This document shows, one piece after another, positions 50,540 to 63,801 of a stretch of 64,000 nt of DNA. Position 1 is the stretch's first letter, and each line of letters starts with the position of its first letter. The notes beneath the pieces are model-generated. The model was not told where the DNA came from. It ran no database searches and worked only from the letters and a program-made list of their open reading frames with translations. The DNA comes from Camelus dromedarius (lineage: Eukaryota). Made by a program: the position numbers and the translations under genes. The stretch covers positions 39,682,001-39,746,000 of the forward strand of contig NC_087447.1 of NCBI RefSeq assembly GCF_036321535.1, given 5' to 3'.

Positions 50540-50830
50540 CCAGAGGCCAACTCAAGTGCTGCCTCTTCAGCAGAGCCTTCCCTGGCTCTCATGCAGATTT
50601 GTTGGTTCCTCTAATGTCTCAAGGAACTTTAAGCATACAACTACTGTCTCACTGATACTGCTTATTAATTGTTTGAGTCTATCTTCCTGATAGACCCCAA
50701 GTTTGGGGTGGGGGGAGACAGAGGTATTCTTCGTATCTCTGGCCACTAGCCCAATGTCTGGCAGGTAACATGGAAGCAAGAAGGGAGGGATGGAGGAAGA
50801 GTGGATGGGTGGCCTGACAAATGCATGAAT
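50540..50830 (+). mobile_element. L2 3' end
   Basis: caactcaagtgctgcctcttcagcagagccttccctg...tagcccaatgtctggca. Confidence 0.6.
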
Positions 50831-50920
50831 AACTTCTCAGTAAAGAGACTAGGGAATTAAATTCATGCGTTGGTTGGTGAATATTTCACACATGCTTGGG
50901 GTTAAAATAAAACGGGACCT

Positions 50921-51290
50921 TGAAGAGTATTCATCCCTAAAAAGGAAGGAAATCCACTACAGCAAGGATAAACCTTGAGGACATATGCTAAGTGAAGTAA
51001 GTCGGTCACAAAAGGACAAATACAGTGTGACTAGACATATATGAGGTCCTAGAGTAATCAGCCATCAAGACAGAAAATAGAATGGTGGTTTCCAGGGGCT
51101 GAGTGGAGAAAGGAACAGAGTGTTTAGTAGGCACAGAGTTTCAGTTTTCCCAAGTGAGAACAGTTCTGGAGATGGAGAGTGGTAATGGTAGCAAAACTAT
51201 GTGACAGTACTTAAATGCCACTGAAGTGTACACTAAAAAATGGTGAAGAGAGTAAATTTATGTTCTGTGCATTTTACCACGATTAAAGTT
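50921..51290 (+). mobile_element. L1MB-type 3' UTR fragment
   Basis: aaccttgaggacatatgctaagtgaagtaagtcggtcacaaaaggacaaatac...agttctggagatgg...atgccactgaagtgtacact...tttaccacgattaaa. Confidence 0.92.
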
Positions 51291-51444
51291 ATACATAAAC
51301 AGGCAGGTAGATAGACAGACTGATGAAACAGAACCTCAAAGCAAAGAAACCAGACCAAGTCAAAGTATACCTATAGTGGAATCCAAACATAACCCTCAGT
51401 GCTGGAATACTCACTGTCCCACGTATACAAATGCCACATACAAG

Positions 51445-51685
51445 ACTCTTCCCCCCTCAGCAGGGATATCACTTCCTCCAGGAAGCCTTTCTGGATACCC
51501 AAGTCCAGTCTTGTGGGACCCACCCCAGGCTCCCACAGTGCATGTTCTTGTACCAGGGCCTCTTTGTAGGTGCCTGTCAACAGGTCTATCCCCACAGCTC
51601 CGTGAAAGTTGCACATTTATCTTGCTTGGATGTGTCCTGGCTCAAGAGACGTCACCTTTAATAAGTACTAAGTCAATTAATTAAC
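51445..51685 (+). mobile_element. L2 3' fragment
   Basis: tatcacttcctccaggaagcctttctgga. Confidence 0.55.
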
Positions 51686-51775
51686 TGCTGGGAAAAGGAG
51701 AGGCTAGAATACTGTTCTGATTTCCAAAGCTTACATGCAGGGTTATCTTAAGGAGTAGTTAACAAGGGACGTTAA

Positions 51776-51914
51776 TATAGTCAGCCCTCCGTATCTCTCA
51801 GATATGAAACCCACTGATACACAGGGCTGACTGTACTAACCCATTTTATAGAAAGAACCTGAGCATCCACGAGGGCTCTGACCAACTCCTGCAGATACCA
51901 AGGGACAACTCGCA
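51776..51914. mobile_element. MER2-type (TcMar-Tigger) MITE with internal inverted repeat
   Basis: tatagtcagccctccgtatc...gatacacagggctgactgta, then ccattttata...tgagcatccac...cagataccaagggacaact. Confidence 0.8.
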
Positions 51915-54394
51915 GAAAACCTGAAGATTTTCTAACTTGAAACTGAAGAGGAGGGTGGAGGGATCCAACTGCAGATTCCCAGACAGATTCCCACTGCCTC
52001 CTGTATTAGAAAAGGGGGATTTGTCTGTGAACGGGTGATTTCCAGAAGCTACATGCTCCCCCCTCCACTAAGAGTTACAGCTCCGTGCCCATCTTCTGAT
52101 ACCCAGGCTGAGACCCAGGTGCCAGGCGCATCACAGAGGCTTAAACACATCACCTCTTCAAATTCTCTTGAGCTCAAGGGAGTATTTTCCTCTTTGAGGG
52201 AACAAAAGTTTAAACTGCAGTTTGATCAATTTGTCAGGCACCTATTCTTCAGGCTAAAATTAGAAAACATTCTTTAAAGGCTGGTAAATCGTTACGGATC
52301 CTGAGGGGTCAGCTCAGAAGGCAGGGGTGGTAACTGGTGTTCTTCGCCGAGTCCATTTTCCATTCTTAAGGCAGCTGTTACCTGTACTGAATTCCTCGTG
52401 CACATGTTTCTGCTATGTGAATTACTTAATCTCCCCTAAAGCTGTTCTGCTGTACACACCTCTAAGTCTACTCGTGGTGTACGTTTCACACAGGATAACA
52501 AATTTTTGGATTTGCTACTAAGCAAAGTATGTTTGCTTTTTTTCCCCCTTCAATTACTGAGCAAACTGCAAGAGTGACATTAAGAGGCAAGCCAGGCTCA
52601 TCGGCACTGGAAACCCCACCAAGCAGAGCATGTAGGACCCAACCGAAGAGCACAAATGACTTTGAGCACGACTTGAGTGGACTTTAGGGCACATTCACAC
52701 ATGTGAGCTACAACGCCAAACAGGAAGTGCTGAGATGATAAGGAAAAACCAGCAAGGTAAGAGATACACCTGCCTGAGTTTCTGGAAACCCTCAATCAGG
52801 AAGCAAGGTCTTCGCGAACCTTAGGTTTTGATTCTTGCCCATTCACAAAAAATCGTAGGTGAAGGATCTTTGAGGATCGGAGATAGAGGAGCTAACACTC
52901 AGAGGGCATTTTCAAATGGGGATAGTGATAGATAACGATCACTTTTTCCTTTTTTTCTTCTTCTTTGCTTAGTCTTCTGTCTAGTTAGTCAAATCATCCT
53001 TATTATAAAACATGTGAATTATGAGAACAAAGATATTTCAACACACAATCTGACTCAGAGGAGCTTAACTTCTGCTGGGTAATATGAGGCAGAACAATAA
53101 TATAACCTTTAACATTTTTTTTTCCAACCTGGGTCTCAAGTTTCCTCATCCATAAACAAGGGAGTTGGCTGAAACAGGACTTTTAGGTAGCTCTCAAAAG
53201 TAAAATTGTGTATCTACTCCATTCAGCTGTCTACCAGAACAAGCAGACCTCTGGCCTGAGTGTGGATGGACTGTCTAAACTTAAATCTTTATAAAGCCCC
53301 CCAAATATTATTGGCCACATCATTCACATGTATATACACACACACGTGTTCTGACGGCATTTTTGCCTCTGAAGAAGCAGACTATTTCTGAGAAAATAAT
53401 AAAAGATGGTGTTTGCAATTTTGTCCAACTGTTTTCAAAGGCTTTTCAAAACCTTATAAGAAAATTATGGGTAAATTTTTAAAAGAAAATACATTTCATG
53501 CATAACAACTCATTTAAAAGAGAAGCAGAAGCTTCATCTGGCTATCTCACAGAAACATTCGCTGCTCCCCCCTCCCCACCCCGCTTTACCTACAATAAAT
53601 GGGTGAGAATCAAAACCCAAGGTTCCATCTGGAGCCCATCACATTCCATAAAACCATCAAATTCGATAAAAATTCTCTATTTAATTAATCTGTTCAAGCA
53701 CCATTCAATAAGCTTTGAGGATTATACCTTCATCTGAAACTTAGAATACAGTGAATATGCACAGATACAGTTTTTTTCGGTTTAAGAACAATTACCGACA
53801 AATTATATCTTCAAAGGAAGAGAGGTGATCACTTCTACTCCACTTTACAACTAGCTGGATCCAACAAAATATCTAAAATGCTAAATACAAATAATATTTC
53901 CAATTCCATATTCCTTCTTTAAATTGAATTCATTTTTATTTTAAGATACCTAAGTAATCTACCATGTAAACCTATATTTCCTAAAAAATTTGTTCTGGGG
54001 GCAGGGGGCAATGGCCACCCCCCTAAAAAAGACTAGAAAAAAATAAGCTCTTTGTTTAATAGGCTGTAAACATATTCACATATTCTGACTTTGAACAGAA
54101 ATGGTAAATGAAAGGAAGAAAAACATATGCATTTGGAATTTCAGGACACTGCGCGCTGATTCACAGAGAGAAATCTGAGGCAATTTGCCAAAGCAAACAG
54201 ACATCACAATCATGTTAACACGTTAAAGGCTTTTGCTCACAATGCACACACACCGAAGGTCTTGAGGGCCTGCCTTATCCCCTTCTCGGTGTGCAGGTGA
54301 AGTGTGGCCTACTATATGCTACTTCTGCAGGGCTGAGACACACAAGTGGTAGATACCTGGACTGCTCATAATTCAGTTGGGTGTCATAAAACAC

Positions 54395-54690
54395 ATACAA
54401 GCATTTGTTCAATTAGCCTTAAACAGGCACGCAGCCAACTTCAGGCCAGGCTCTGTGCCTGAGAGATAAAGATGAGAAACAAACACGACCTCTCCTTCAA
54501 AGATCTCACAGTCCAGTGAGAGTCAGACACATCAGCTGTCACTCGAGAATCCAGAACAGTACATAGCAAGTGCTCAAAATATACAGAGCAGGTTAGGAGC
54601 CAGGAAGGGCAGGCAAAGATCTGCCCAAGGAGCAGGAGTTTGGTAGAGAACCTGATGCTAACGTGGAGGGTTGGGTAGGAATGTACACTC
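54395..54690 (-). mobile_element. L2 3' end
   Basis: ccaggctctgtgc...gagataaagatgagaa...ccttcaaagatctcacagtccagtgagag. Confidence 0.65.
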
Positions 54691-56714
54691 CACCACTCTC
54701 ACGTGTACCAGGGCAATGCACTGAACATTGCCACGCCTCAGTGTCCTCATGTGCTCCCTCCTTAGGACAGTGATGAGCTAATGTACATGGAAATGCCTGG
54801 AATGGCAAACGTGTTAACCCCATCTCTGCCCACAGCTACCCCTGATCTGGGGCAGGGACCAGGACTGGCACAGAACCACTGTAGGAGAAGATTTTTTTTT
54901 TCCCCTACTTCTTTTTCCTCTCCCTTTTCTCATCCTTCCTGCAAAAAACCCTTTCCCCAATGCTGACTCAGACAAGACTCAGAATGAATGAACCAAAAAG
55001 GAATGAGGAGGAAGAGAGAGGGAAAGAGAATCCTCTGGCTAACTATAAAGGAGAGAGAAGGAGGCCATCCTTTGGAATGGAAGCCATCAGTCCTTCTAAA
55101 CTGGAAAAGGGAAAACAAAAACAATAAACAAAAAACCTCCAGAACCAGACAGACACCTGAAACATTTCAACTTCTTCTGGTTAGACTGCTTTTCTGGACG
55201 GCCTTGGATTCCTGCCAGTTAGCTGGAGTTATTTTCTTCCCATCTCCCTGTTTGAACTTCCTTTACTAAATTAAAATAATTGCAGCACATCAACATTTAA
55301 TCAACTCAAAGGAAAGACTAACCCAAGCTCAAATATAATCTTAGAACTTTCATTTTCTTTTTTTTTAAGCGAGTGTATGTTTATTTCTTTGTATCGCGTG
55401 GTGGATGCACATTTGTTTACATATACATGTACATTCACACATATACGTGTGTTATTTCAGTAGGTGTGCATCTATAAACAACTAACTATAAGCTAGCCTT
55501 CTTATAGTTGAGGGAAGGGTGACAGATACCAGCATGTACACGGACGCAGGCAGGAGAGGTAAACTGAGGATCCACCTCAGAATCCTGCAAACCCACCCTG
55601 CACCATAACTAAAGTCCTTTGCAATGAAGAAGCCATGAAATTTCCAAGATGACCACTGGGACAGGGCTGGAGGTGTTTGAATTCCCAGTGACTGAACCCA
55701 GCCCCTAAAGAACCTCTCTCTCTTTCTGGAGGAAATCTGTCCTTTTAGTAAACAAGAGCCTTTGTCCCAACCAGGAGAGCTCAGACTGTTGGGGTTGGGA
55801 AACTGGGGCCCCAGAACTGCCTTCATGCCTGGAAAAGACTACAGCCACACCAGGGAAGTCGGAACACTCAGGCTGCTACCCCTTAACTCTCTTGAAGTTA
55901 AGAAATGCTGCTGTGCACTGTCATCCAACTCAATTTGGTGGCTATGTCCAACCCCAGTGCTCAGAGTTTACTTCTTCACCCAGCGCCATCTCATATGTTT
56001 CAGAACAGCCCCAAAGGCAAGGGGGTGGACGGTATTACTCTCCTTTCATGGGTTCAGAGGGGCCCCAGGGAGACCCCAAACTGGGTAAATGGAGGATCCA
56101 TGGTGCTGCCTTCACACCATGAATCCGGCTTTAAGAGTCCTGGCCAAGGGAGGAGAATCTGAGCTCTTGGGTTCTGGTTTCGGTCCAGCCTCTCATCCAT
56201 CCAAGGGTCTCCATAGTGGGTAGGCCTTACCTTTGTGAGCCCTAAGCTCAATGAATATAAAAAGGAAAAGAGAGGCCAACCTTTGTTCTGTATCTCTCAG
56301 GGTGGAGTCTGATAAGAACCCTCTGTGTCATCATTTCTCAGCCCAGTTTTCAAAGATCAGGGGTGGGGGTGAATGCCCATCATCAGCTCTCCCAGCAAAC
56401 GTGCCACCTGCCACCCCTGTCCTGGGAACTCAGGCTTTCACAGCCTTAGGCATTCTACTGTGCCCCGAGGAATCCCTCCCCTGCCTGCCTTCCTGGAAGG
56501 CAGCAAGATCCTTCTCAATCAGTAACTCAGCCCACAAAAGGCAACCCCAGAGAAACATCAGAATTCTCTGCACTTATCTCTACGACATCTGATGCTCAGT
56601 TTTTAGTCTCTTCAACCCCACTGTAAGCAACTCACCCAGGACCCAGCCTCCACTTCTAATTTTTATCACGGTGATGCCACCACTACCACTACCACGCTGA
56701 CATCCTGGAGTTTC

Positions 56715-56870
56715 ATCCACACAAATATTCACATAGCAGCATTCTCTGTGTATCCACTAGGTCACAAAAAATAAAATGGAGGTAGGGATTGGGTTTTTTT
56801 AAGAGAAATAATACGATATGGTCTTGGCCCCAAACAATTCACAAACCAGTGAGGAAGATGGAGACGTAAA
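56715..56870 (-). mobile_element. L2 3' end fragment
   Basis: cacaaatattca...atggtcttggccccaaacaattcacaaaccagtgagga. Confidence 0.5.
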
Positions 56871-56959
56871 TGATTGCTGGGGTTTGCTGAATCATTTGAC
56901 ACTGGAATCTGCCAGTGACTGGGGGTTGGAAGGGACAGTGACTATGAAGGATGACAGAG

Positions 56960-57545
56960 TCTGCTCCTGACACTATGTTAAAGGATAGGATGACTGGCTG
57001 ACTTTAACAAGGTGGAAATTTAATAAGGATAAATGTCAAGTCAGGCACTTACATCAAAAAAAAAAAAAATCACTCTCAAGTATAGGGTAGAGAAGATCAC
57101 ATGAGAAAGTCTTAAGGGATTGAGTTGCCCACAAGCTCAGTGACTCAGTGGGATGAGGCTCCTATAAAAGCTAAAGCAATATCAGGCTTGCCCTGATTAG
57201 GATGCTGCATTCAGAGAAGGAAAAGTGAGACCTCAAATCTGGATCCCAGTGACCACAGAAGGATGAACGGTCAAAAGTGAGCAAATTTCAGAGAGCTAAC
57301 AGGAGTGTGAAGCCACATCCCAGTAGGAACGAGGATCAGGAGGCTGTGGAATGAACAACTCACAGGGCCATGAGAGTCAGATTCAAACTAGGCTTGGGCT
57401 TTACCACTCCACTCCCAGGAACAGGTAACAGAGATAGAATTTGACCTAAACGGTAAAGGCACTGAGATTACCCTACAAGAGTAATTATTATAGCAGGGTT
57501 TATAACTGCCCAAAAATGAGAGGACTCCTCTGCTAACAAGGTGAG
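56960..57545 (+). mobile_element. L3/CR1 LINE, RT C-terminal region
   Basis: aaatttaataaggataaatgtcaagtc (KFNKDKC), tgagaaagtcttaaggg...ccacaagctcagt, aaaagctaaagcaatatcaggct (KANAILG-like). Confidence 0.8.
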
Positions 57546-57644
57546 GCTGCTGCTGCTGCTGCTGGTCCAGCTACCCTCAGGAGGCCAGGGCCAGGGCCAC
57601 GCTCACCCAGCCAGATGCCAAAGCCCAGGAAAGGGCCTCGCTCT

Positions 57645-57760
57645 CTCATTCGCTCGTTTATTCACTCACTCACTCATTCAACGGCCATATTTTAAGCTCC
57701 TGCATCTTGCCAGGCACTTTTCTAGGCGCCAAGTCCGTGCCAGCCAGGTGTAACTGAATG
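57645..57760 (-). mobile_element. L2 3' end
   Basis: tcattcgctcgtttattcactcactcattcaac...tgccaggcacttttctaggcgc. Confidence 0.7.
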
Positions 57761-58719
57761 GTAAGGATCCTCTAACACTAGAGAGAATCGCCTATTCCAG
57801 CGGCCTGCCTGCAAAATCCAGTTAAAAGCAACTAAAGTGCCCCTGGATTCCGGCTCCTCCGACGCTGGCCCAGCTCCTCAAAAGCTTTGCAGGTGTCAGG
57901 CTGATGTCTCTTCACAAACCAGCGAGAACCCACCCACACAATGGCCACAGCCCAGTGGTTTGGGCAGAGCCCCTTTATATTTCTGCAGGTGCTACATTCC
58001 AAAAATATTTCTTCTTATAAAGCATGGCAGGAATTCTACACTGAAGGAAGAAAAGAAGTTCAAGAAGAGCCTTATGTTTCCCAGGGGAGAGAAGAGACTA
58101 AAACCTCTCATAGAGAGGTTTACATTTTTAAAATGTATTTATTTTATCAACCACATGCTTGCAAATCAAACATCCCCTCCAAGACATTTTGCAGACAGAG
58201 ATATTCTGGGAACATACTGGAGGCAGCTTATTTATCTGCCGGTATTATAAGACTAGCCCGAAGGGATGAGTATCAGATGCTATCTCCCGCTGAAATGACT
58301 GCCTGCCTGCCTGCCACCTCTATGCCAGGTCACAGCTACTTCATGCCCCCAAATACCCCCTGCTTGGCCCTGCCAAACTGCCTCTGCCTCACCGGTCCCG
58401 TGAGAGTCTTCCAGTCAGCCCAGGTCACCACAGATGTGCAAGAGCCATCTATTTGTTCCACGTGTTCTGTACCATCTTTGGGGTCTGTAAACTAACGATG
58501 GAAAATGTAACTAATATACAAATGCAACATTAGTATCAAACATTGCCACAGTGCTGGAAACTCCCCAGGGGGTGGGTAGGATCCCAGGCAAACTCAGTTT
58601 CTGGGTTTCACTGTCTCCAATGAGCTCCCACTGTCTCCCAACTCTCCCCTTTGCTATCTTTAATCAAGTCATCCTCTGGAGCACAGAAGTTAGTAATCAG
58701 GAATGCTTTCGGTATCTCC

Positions 58720-59050
58720 AGCAGTGCTCTCTACCTTAGTCTGGTAGCTGTCTCCCTCCTCACAGTGAGCATTTGAAGGCAGGAACTTCCCGATCAGCAC
58801 AGCATCTCTGAGCCCAGCAGATAACCCGACACATTCACATCTTCAGTAAATACTGACAGGATGACCGTTCGTTCACTAAGCATTTAATGAGTGCTGAGTT
58901 TTAGGATTACAATACTAAATGCCTGAATGTAAAAAGGAAATATAGAAATAGCCCCTGCTCCCCTTAGGAAGCTAAACACAACAAGGAACAAGGACTATGA
59001 AAGCCTGGATGCAAAAGCTCCGATGTGAGGGGTGAGGGAACTCCTGGAGC
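58720..59050. mobile_element. Tail-to-tail L2 3' ends
   Basis: gtgagcatttgaaggcagg...cagtaaatactg (plus); ttcgttcactaagcatttaatgagtgc...ccctgctcc (minus). Confidence 0.55.
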
Positions 59051-59289
59051 AGAGCAGGCCAAGTGCAACAGAAATGGAATTTTCTTATCCAGGGCATCTC
59101 ACACAGATCCACCTCCAGGCTGTAATTCCTTGTGTACTGAATGCATTTCCCACACACCAGCCTCTTATTCTGAAACTGGCTAAATTTCTTGTCTGTCTTT
59201 TAAAATATCGGTATACTGTATGGTACATCCCGTCTTCACCCTAAACTGTTTTACTACAAGGAGAACCACAGTTCCTAATGGGGTGTGTG

Positions 59290-59455
59290 CTTCTCACAGG
59301 CATTCTGATTTCATCCTCAGCCCCAGCTGTGAGGCTGTTAGAGCCCTGTTAGACAGAAGGGCCAGGAGGTGCAGAGATGTGAAGGCCTGCCTGCCACGGA
59401 CTATGCCCCTGGGGCCCAACTCATACCTCTTCACTCTGAATCCTGTGCTCTTGTC
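59290..59455 (-). mobile_element. MIR
   Basis: tgatttcatcctcagc...cagagatgtgaaggcctgcctgcc...actctgaatcctgtgctct. Confidence 0.55.
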
Positions 59456-59502
59456 ACCAACCTGCAGCCTGCTTCCTCTCCTGCCTCTCTCTCCACCCAG
59501 CA

Positions 59503-59812
59503 ACCCCGCCCAACAGAAATGCAACGTGAGCCACACGTATCATCACACATTTTCTAGTAGCCTCATTAAGAACGGAAAAAAGAAACAGGCGAAATGAATT
59601 TCAATAACGTCTATTAACTCAATACACCCAAATATTATCATTTTGACTGGTAATCAATACAAGGAACTTCCAATGAGGTATTTTACATTCTCTTTTCATA
59701 TTAAGTCTTTGAAGTCCATCACTGTATGCTGACGGAGCATCCCAATTCAGGGGCCACCTTCCAAGTGTTGAGCAGCACCTGTGGCTGGTGGCTACTTACT
59801 GCACAGAGCGGG
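59503..59812. mobile_element. MER33 hAT-Charlie element
   Basis: ccaacagaaatgcaacgtgagccacac...ttttctagtagcc...aaaagaaacaggcgaaatgaattt...aggtattttacattct...tgtggctggtggctac. Confidence 0.88.
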
Positions 59813-59984
59813 CCGGGAGCGAGCAGTTCTTACACACGCTTGAGTCTTCCACAGCCTAACACCTGTTGTTTCCAAGCGCAGAAAGCCTTTTCAGCGGCAC
59901 CGACTTCTGTTGGATTTGAGCTTTAGGAGGCCCCAGTCTTCAGTCAACATAGGTTCTCCATGTTTCAGTGACTCAGCTCCATTG

Positions 59985-60230
59985 CTCAAGTCTCACTGTA
60001 GGTACCACTCCTTTAAGGACGCCTCCCTTGCCTATCACCCTGACTTCACACATCACAGCCCTAATCCCAGACCGTGAGTGCCTGCCCAACCGTGTTACCC
60101 ACTGTTGTACGTTCGATGAGACAGGACTGTGTCTGTCTCATTCATAGCCCAACCCCTATCTCCCAACCCAGCAAAGGCTCAATAAATATTTGCTAGATGC
60201 ATAGATGGACGGTTGGGTAAATGAATGGAA
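59985..60230 (+). mobile_element. L2 3' end
   Basis: caggactgtgtctgtctcattc...gctcaataaatatttgctagatg. Confidence 0.7.
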
Positions 60231-60669
60231 TTCCTCCTAACCCAAAGTCTCTGTCTCTCCAGGCCACAGTTTCCTCATCTGTAAAATCTCCATGGTTCCT
60301 ACCAGCTCTGAAAGGCAGCAAGGCCACGCAGTGACTTGTGCTGCTTACGCCCGGATCACAGGACCGACGGGGCCACTCTACCCCGAGCTCTCATTGCACA
60401 ACCCGCTTGACCAGCCATGGGACATAGGAAGGGACACTTAGACTGCACTTTAGAGGTTATTTCTCTGGACGAGTGCAAAATGAGGCAAAACAGTGTTTTC
60501 ACGTCGTTAGAAAGTATCCTGAGAATCTCCTGCTATTCCACAGAACTACAGAAACGTCCATATTCTCTCATGCAATGCTTGAATAGCTTCCCTGGCCAAT
60601 CATTTATCTATTTCTTACATAGAAAATGTTTAATTTTGTCCTTAAGGAATGACTATCATTAAAAGATCA

Positions 60670-60860
60670 CAAGGTCAGGTTCTGGACTCCAAAGTCCTGG
60701 TTTTCATCGCCACTGCCTTTTTACCAGCTAGCCACATGGCCATCAACATGTTTTTTAACCTCAATTTCCTTATCCATAAGTCAGGGATAACAACTCACAG
60801 AGCTGTCGTAACACCAGAATGCCTTACATACTGTAAAGGGCCAAGCAAACGTAAGCTACT
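60670..60860 (+). mobile_element. MIR
   Basis: tctggactccaaagtcctggttt...aacctcaatttccttatccataag...ggataacaactcacagagctgt. Confidence 0.7.
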
Positions 60861-62689
60861 GCAGAAACCATTTCTTCTGAAGCATGTCGAAGTGGGTGAC
60901 AGAGCAGTCCACAACTAAAACCGCCACAGCCAAGGCTCAGGCCTGGGGGGCTCAGGGACAGGCCAGAAGGCATCCAGTGCCCTCCCAGGCTACCAGCAAA
61001 CAGGCCCAGAATTCATGGCCTCACAAAGCCAAGCCCCCAAGGTGCTGCCGGAGATCTTGGGTAGGAAGCAGCCAAGAAGGGCAAACTCCCCCAGGTAAAG
61101 CAGGCACCAGGCTGCTTGGTCCCAGCGGGAGGTGGCCGAGGGGGAAGGCTGCCCTCCTCCCCAGGAGCGCAGAGGCCGGCACAGAAGAGCCAGCCTTCTG
61201 AGGCTGCGTGGGGAGTTTCTGCCTCTGAAAGGCAGGGCCCCCTCTGAGCAGGGGGTCCTGCCCTCAGCCAGGTCAAGCCAAGGAGCAGGAGAAACAGCTT
61301 CGCCTGACTTTTTTTTCTCTCTCCTGCCGTGTTTCAGGGGCTCCCGAACTTTCCCCAAATGAGTTCTGCCCATGTCAAATAGGAACTAGGTCTGCATGTA
61401 CGTGTGTGTGTGGACACGCATTCTATTATTGCAGGAGAAAGCTCTCCACGGTCCGAGAGTGAGTCATCAGCAGCCCCTGTCAGTGTGCCAGCAGCTGCCC
61501 CTCTTCATTACAAGCAGAAAGATAAAAGCTCCTGCACTACATTAGCTGGCATACGCCTCCACAGACAGTACAAATAAATTAATTGTGCCTCATCTCCAAC
61601 AGCCCGGGAGGTGTGCGGGAGGGGAAAATGGGCTCCGTCTTGTTTCATTAACAAATTAAACTGCAACAGAGCCGTGACCATTCCCTATGTACAGTCAGGC
61701 GCCTGGCTATCCGGCCAACAGCAGGCTGTTGCCCATTTGGGGTGGCACCATCGGAGGGGAGCATCCACAGGCTGAGAAACTGTCTCCTGCCCGAGGGGTA
61801 CACGACCTGTAGCCCTTTCGTGGTCCTTGCAGGGAATGGGGAGGTGTGACCCCAGGGGCCACTGTAAGGGCGCTGGGAGGGGGACGAGAGCTGCCCACCC
61901 AATGCTGGGCGCTGCTGCAAAAGGGAGGCATTTCAATCATTTACCCTAGGCAAACAAACAAACCAGTCCAGTGGCTGCGGTATGTGCGGCAGAGTGAAAG
62001 AGTTTGTCATCAAGCAAACTCTGTCACGCTGAGGATGGCAAGCATTCCAGAAAGAACAAAGTTATTCAAGACCGACTTGAAAAACAAGTCAGACTCCCCT
62101 TCACCACGAGCTAAGATTACACCCTCAAACACACCTTCCTACGATTCTGAGATGGTTTGCTTCTGCGGTGCAGTTAAAGGCAATTTGCTACAATGCTGTG
62201 ATTTTCTTTATCCTGGTTCCGTACTACATAATTCAGGCAACCTGCATTTTATAAGTTGAAGGAGCATGACTGAAAAGCTTATCCTTTCATGTTTTATCTC
62301 CAAAGAGACAAAGACAGTGCTTACAGAGGAGGATGGGGGCCGGAAATGGGAGGGACGGTGGAAGGAAAGAACAAAGCGGACTCTCAGGAGCAGAGGAAGA
62401 GCCCCTCTCTTCTCCAAAGTATCACCCTGTTAACTGGTGACCTGCAAGGAAGCTAAGATCACAAACAGCTAATCCAGCTGTAAAATACATGCAAAGTATT
62501 TACTGTAGAAATGGGCTTTGAGCTTGGGTATTGGTAGTTTGGTTTGTTTTTTTAACTGTAAAACCCAAAGAATCTAAAAAATTGTGAGCAGATAATTGGA
62601 CCTCACGTGGCTAGGTCCTGCCTATAACAAAAACAAAGAAATTAAACTTAAAAAATAATAAAGCCATATTCAACCTTGCCATAAAAAAA

Positions 62690-63310
62690 AAAAAAACAAG
62701 TAAACAATGAGGCACCACTGAGCCAAACCTTTGTAAAAATGACCAAATCTAATGCAGGCCAAGGTGTTGAAACTAGTACCTCACTGCCCTGCTGGTGGCA
62801 CTGTAAATGCTGGTACAAGTCCTTTGGAAAGCAATTTAGCACTATCCATTGAGAGCCAAAAAAATGTTTGTGCCCTTTAACCCAGAAATGGTGCTCTTGC
62901 AAATTCACCCTGAGGAATTAACATACAATAAGGATGAGGCCATATCTCCAGGTATTACTTATAATAGCACAAAACTGTAGGAAAAAGAAAAAAACCTAAA
63001 TGTCCAATAATAGATGAATGGCTAAATAAATTCAGCCTGTAGAATGATAAATTGTAAGACCATTAAAAATCATCTTGAAGACTATGAAACCATTTGGAAA
63101 ACATTTGCTTAAGGTTTACTGAAAAGAGCAGAATACAAAATTGAGTCTACATTTGATTACAGCTCTATAGAAATATGTCTGCATACAGACAAGGACTAAA
63201 AGGAAAAATGAAAACAGTTGTGTTAGGATAGCGAGCTTGTGGGTGGATTTTTTTTCTTTTGTTTCATTTCCTTTATTGTGGTTACAGCATTTCATTTTGT
63301 GAAATAAAGA
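62690..63310 (+). mobile_element. L1ME-type LINE-1 3' end
   Basis: gctggtggcactgtaaatgctggtacaagtcctttggaaagcaatttagca...ccctttaacccag...aacctaaatgtccaataatagatgaatggctaaataaatt. Confidence 0.85.
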
Positions 63311-63434
63311 GAAATCATGGGATGTATATGCAGCCGTTCAACTCACATTCAAAGGACAAATCAGGAATCTGGGAAACCAATATGCTAATTCAGGGCACGG
63401 AGCAATACCTAGCAGGAGTCTCTACCGTGTGCTT

Positions 63435-63605
63435 GGGCTGGGTCCCGCCAATCACATCTCTCAGCCAGCGAGGCAGGCTGATGAGGAAATGGATGCTCAA
63501 GAAGCCCAACGACCTTCCCAAGGCTATATGAGGCTACACATGACAAAGACTGGATGAGACCCCACATCCACTCTGCTCCAAAGCCTCAGGCCATCCTGCC
63601 CACTG
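63435..63605 (-). mobile_element. MIR
   Basis: gatgaggaaatggatgctcaaga...gaccttcccaagg. Confidence 0.55.
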
Positions 63606-63801
63606 TTGCCACTAGTTCCAAGATCCCTTCCATCTCTAGGAGACGGTCTCCTCCTTAATAAAATGAAGGCGTTAAACCTTCTCCCAGAGCTGTGTGGATC
63701 CAAGCCACACGTGCTTCATAGACCACCTGCATCCAACCCACCTGTGCAGCAGGTTCAAGCTCAGAGAGCTGGCCCCAGCCCAGACCGGGTGAGTCAAAGT
63801 A

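Noticed and set aside
51776..51835. Hairpin tatagtcagccct...agggctgactgta as a miRNA precursor
   Set aside because: Explained by the inverted repeats of the MER2-type MITE; nothing else supports a miRNA.
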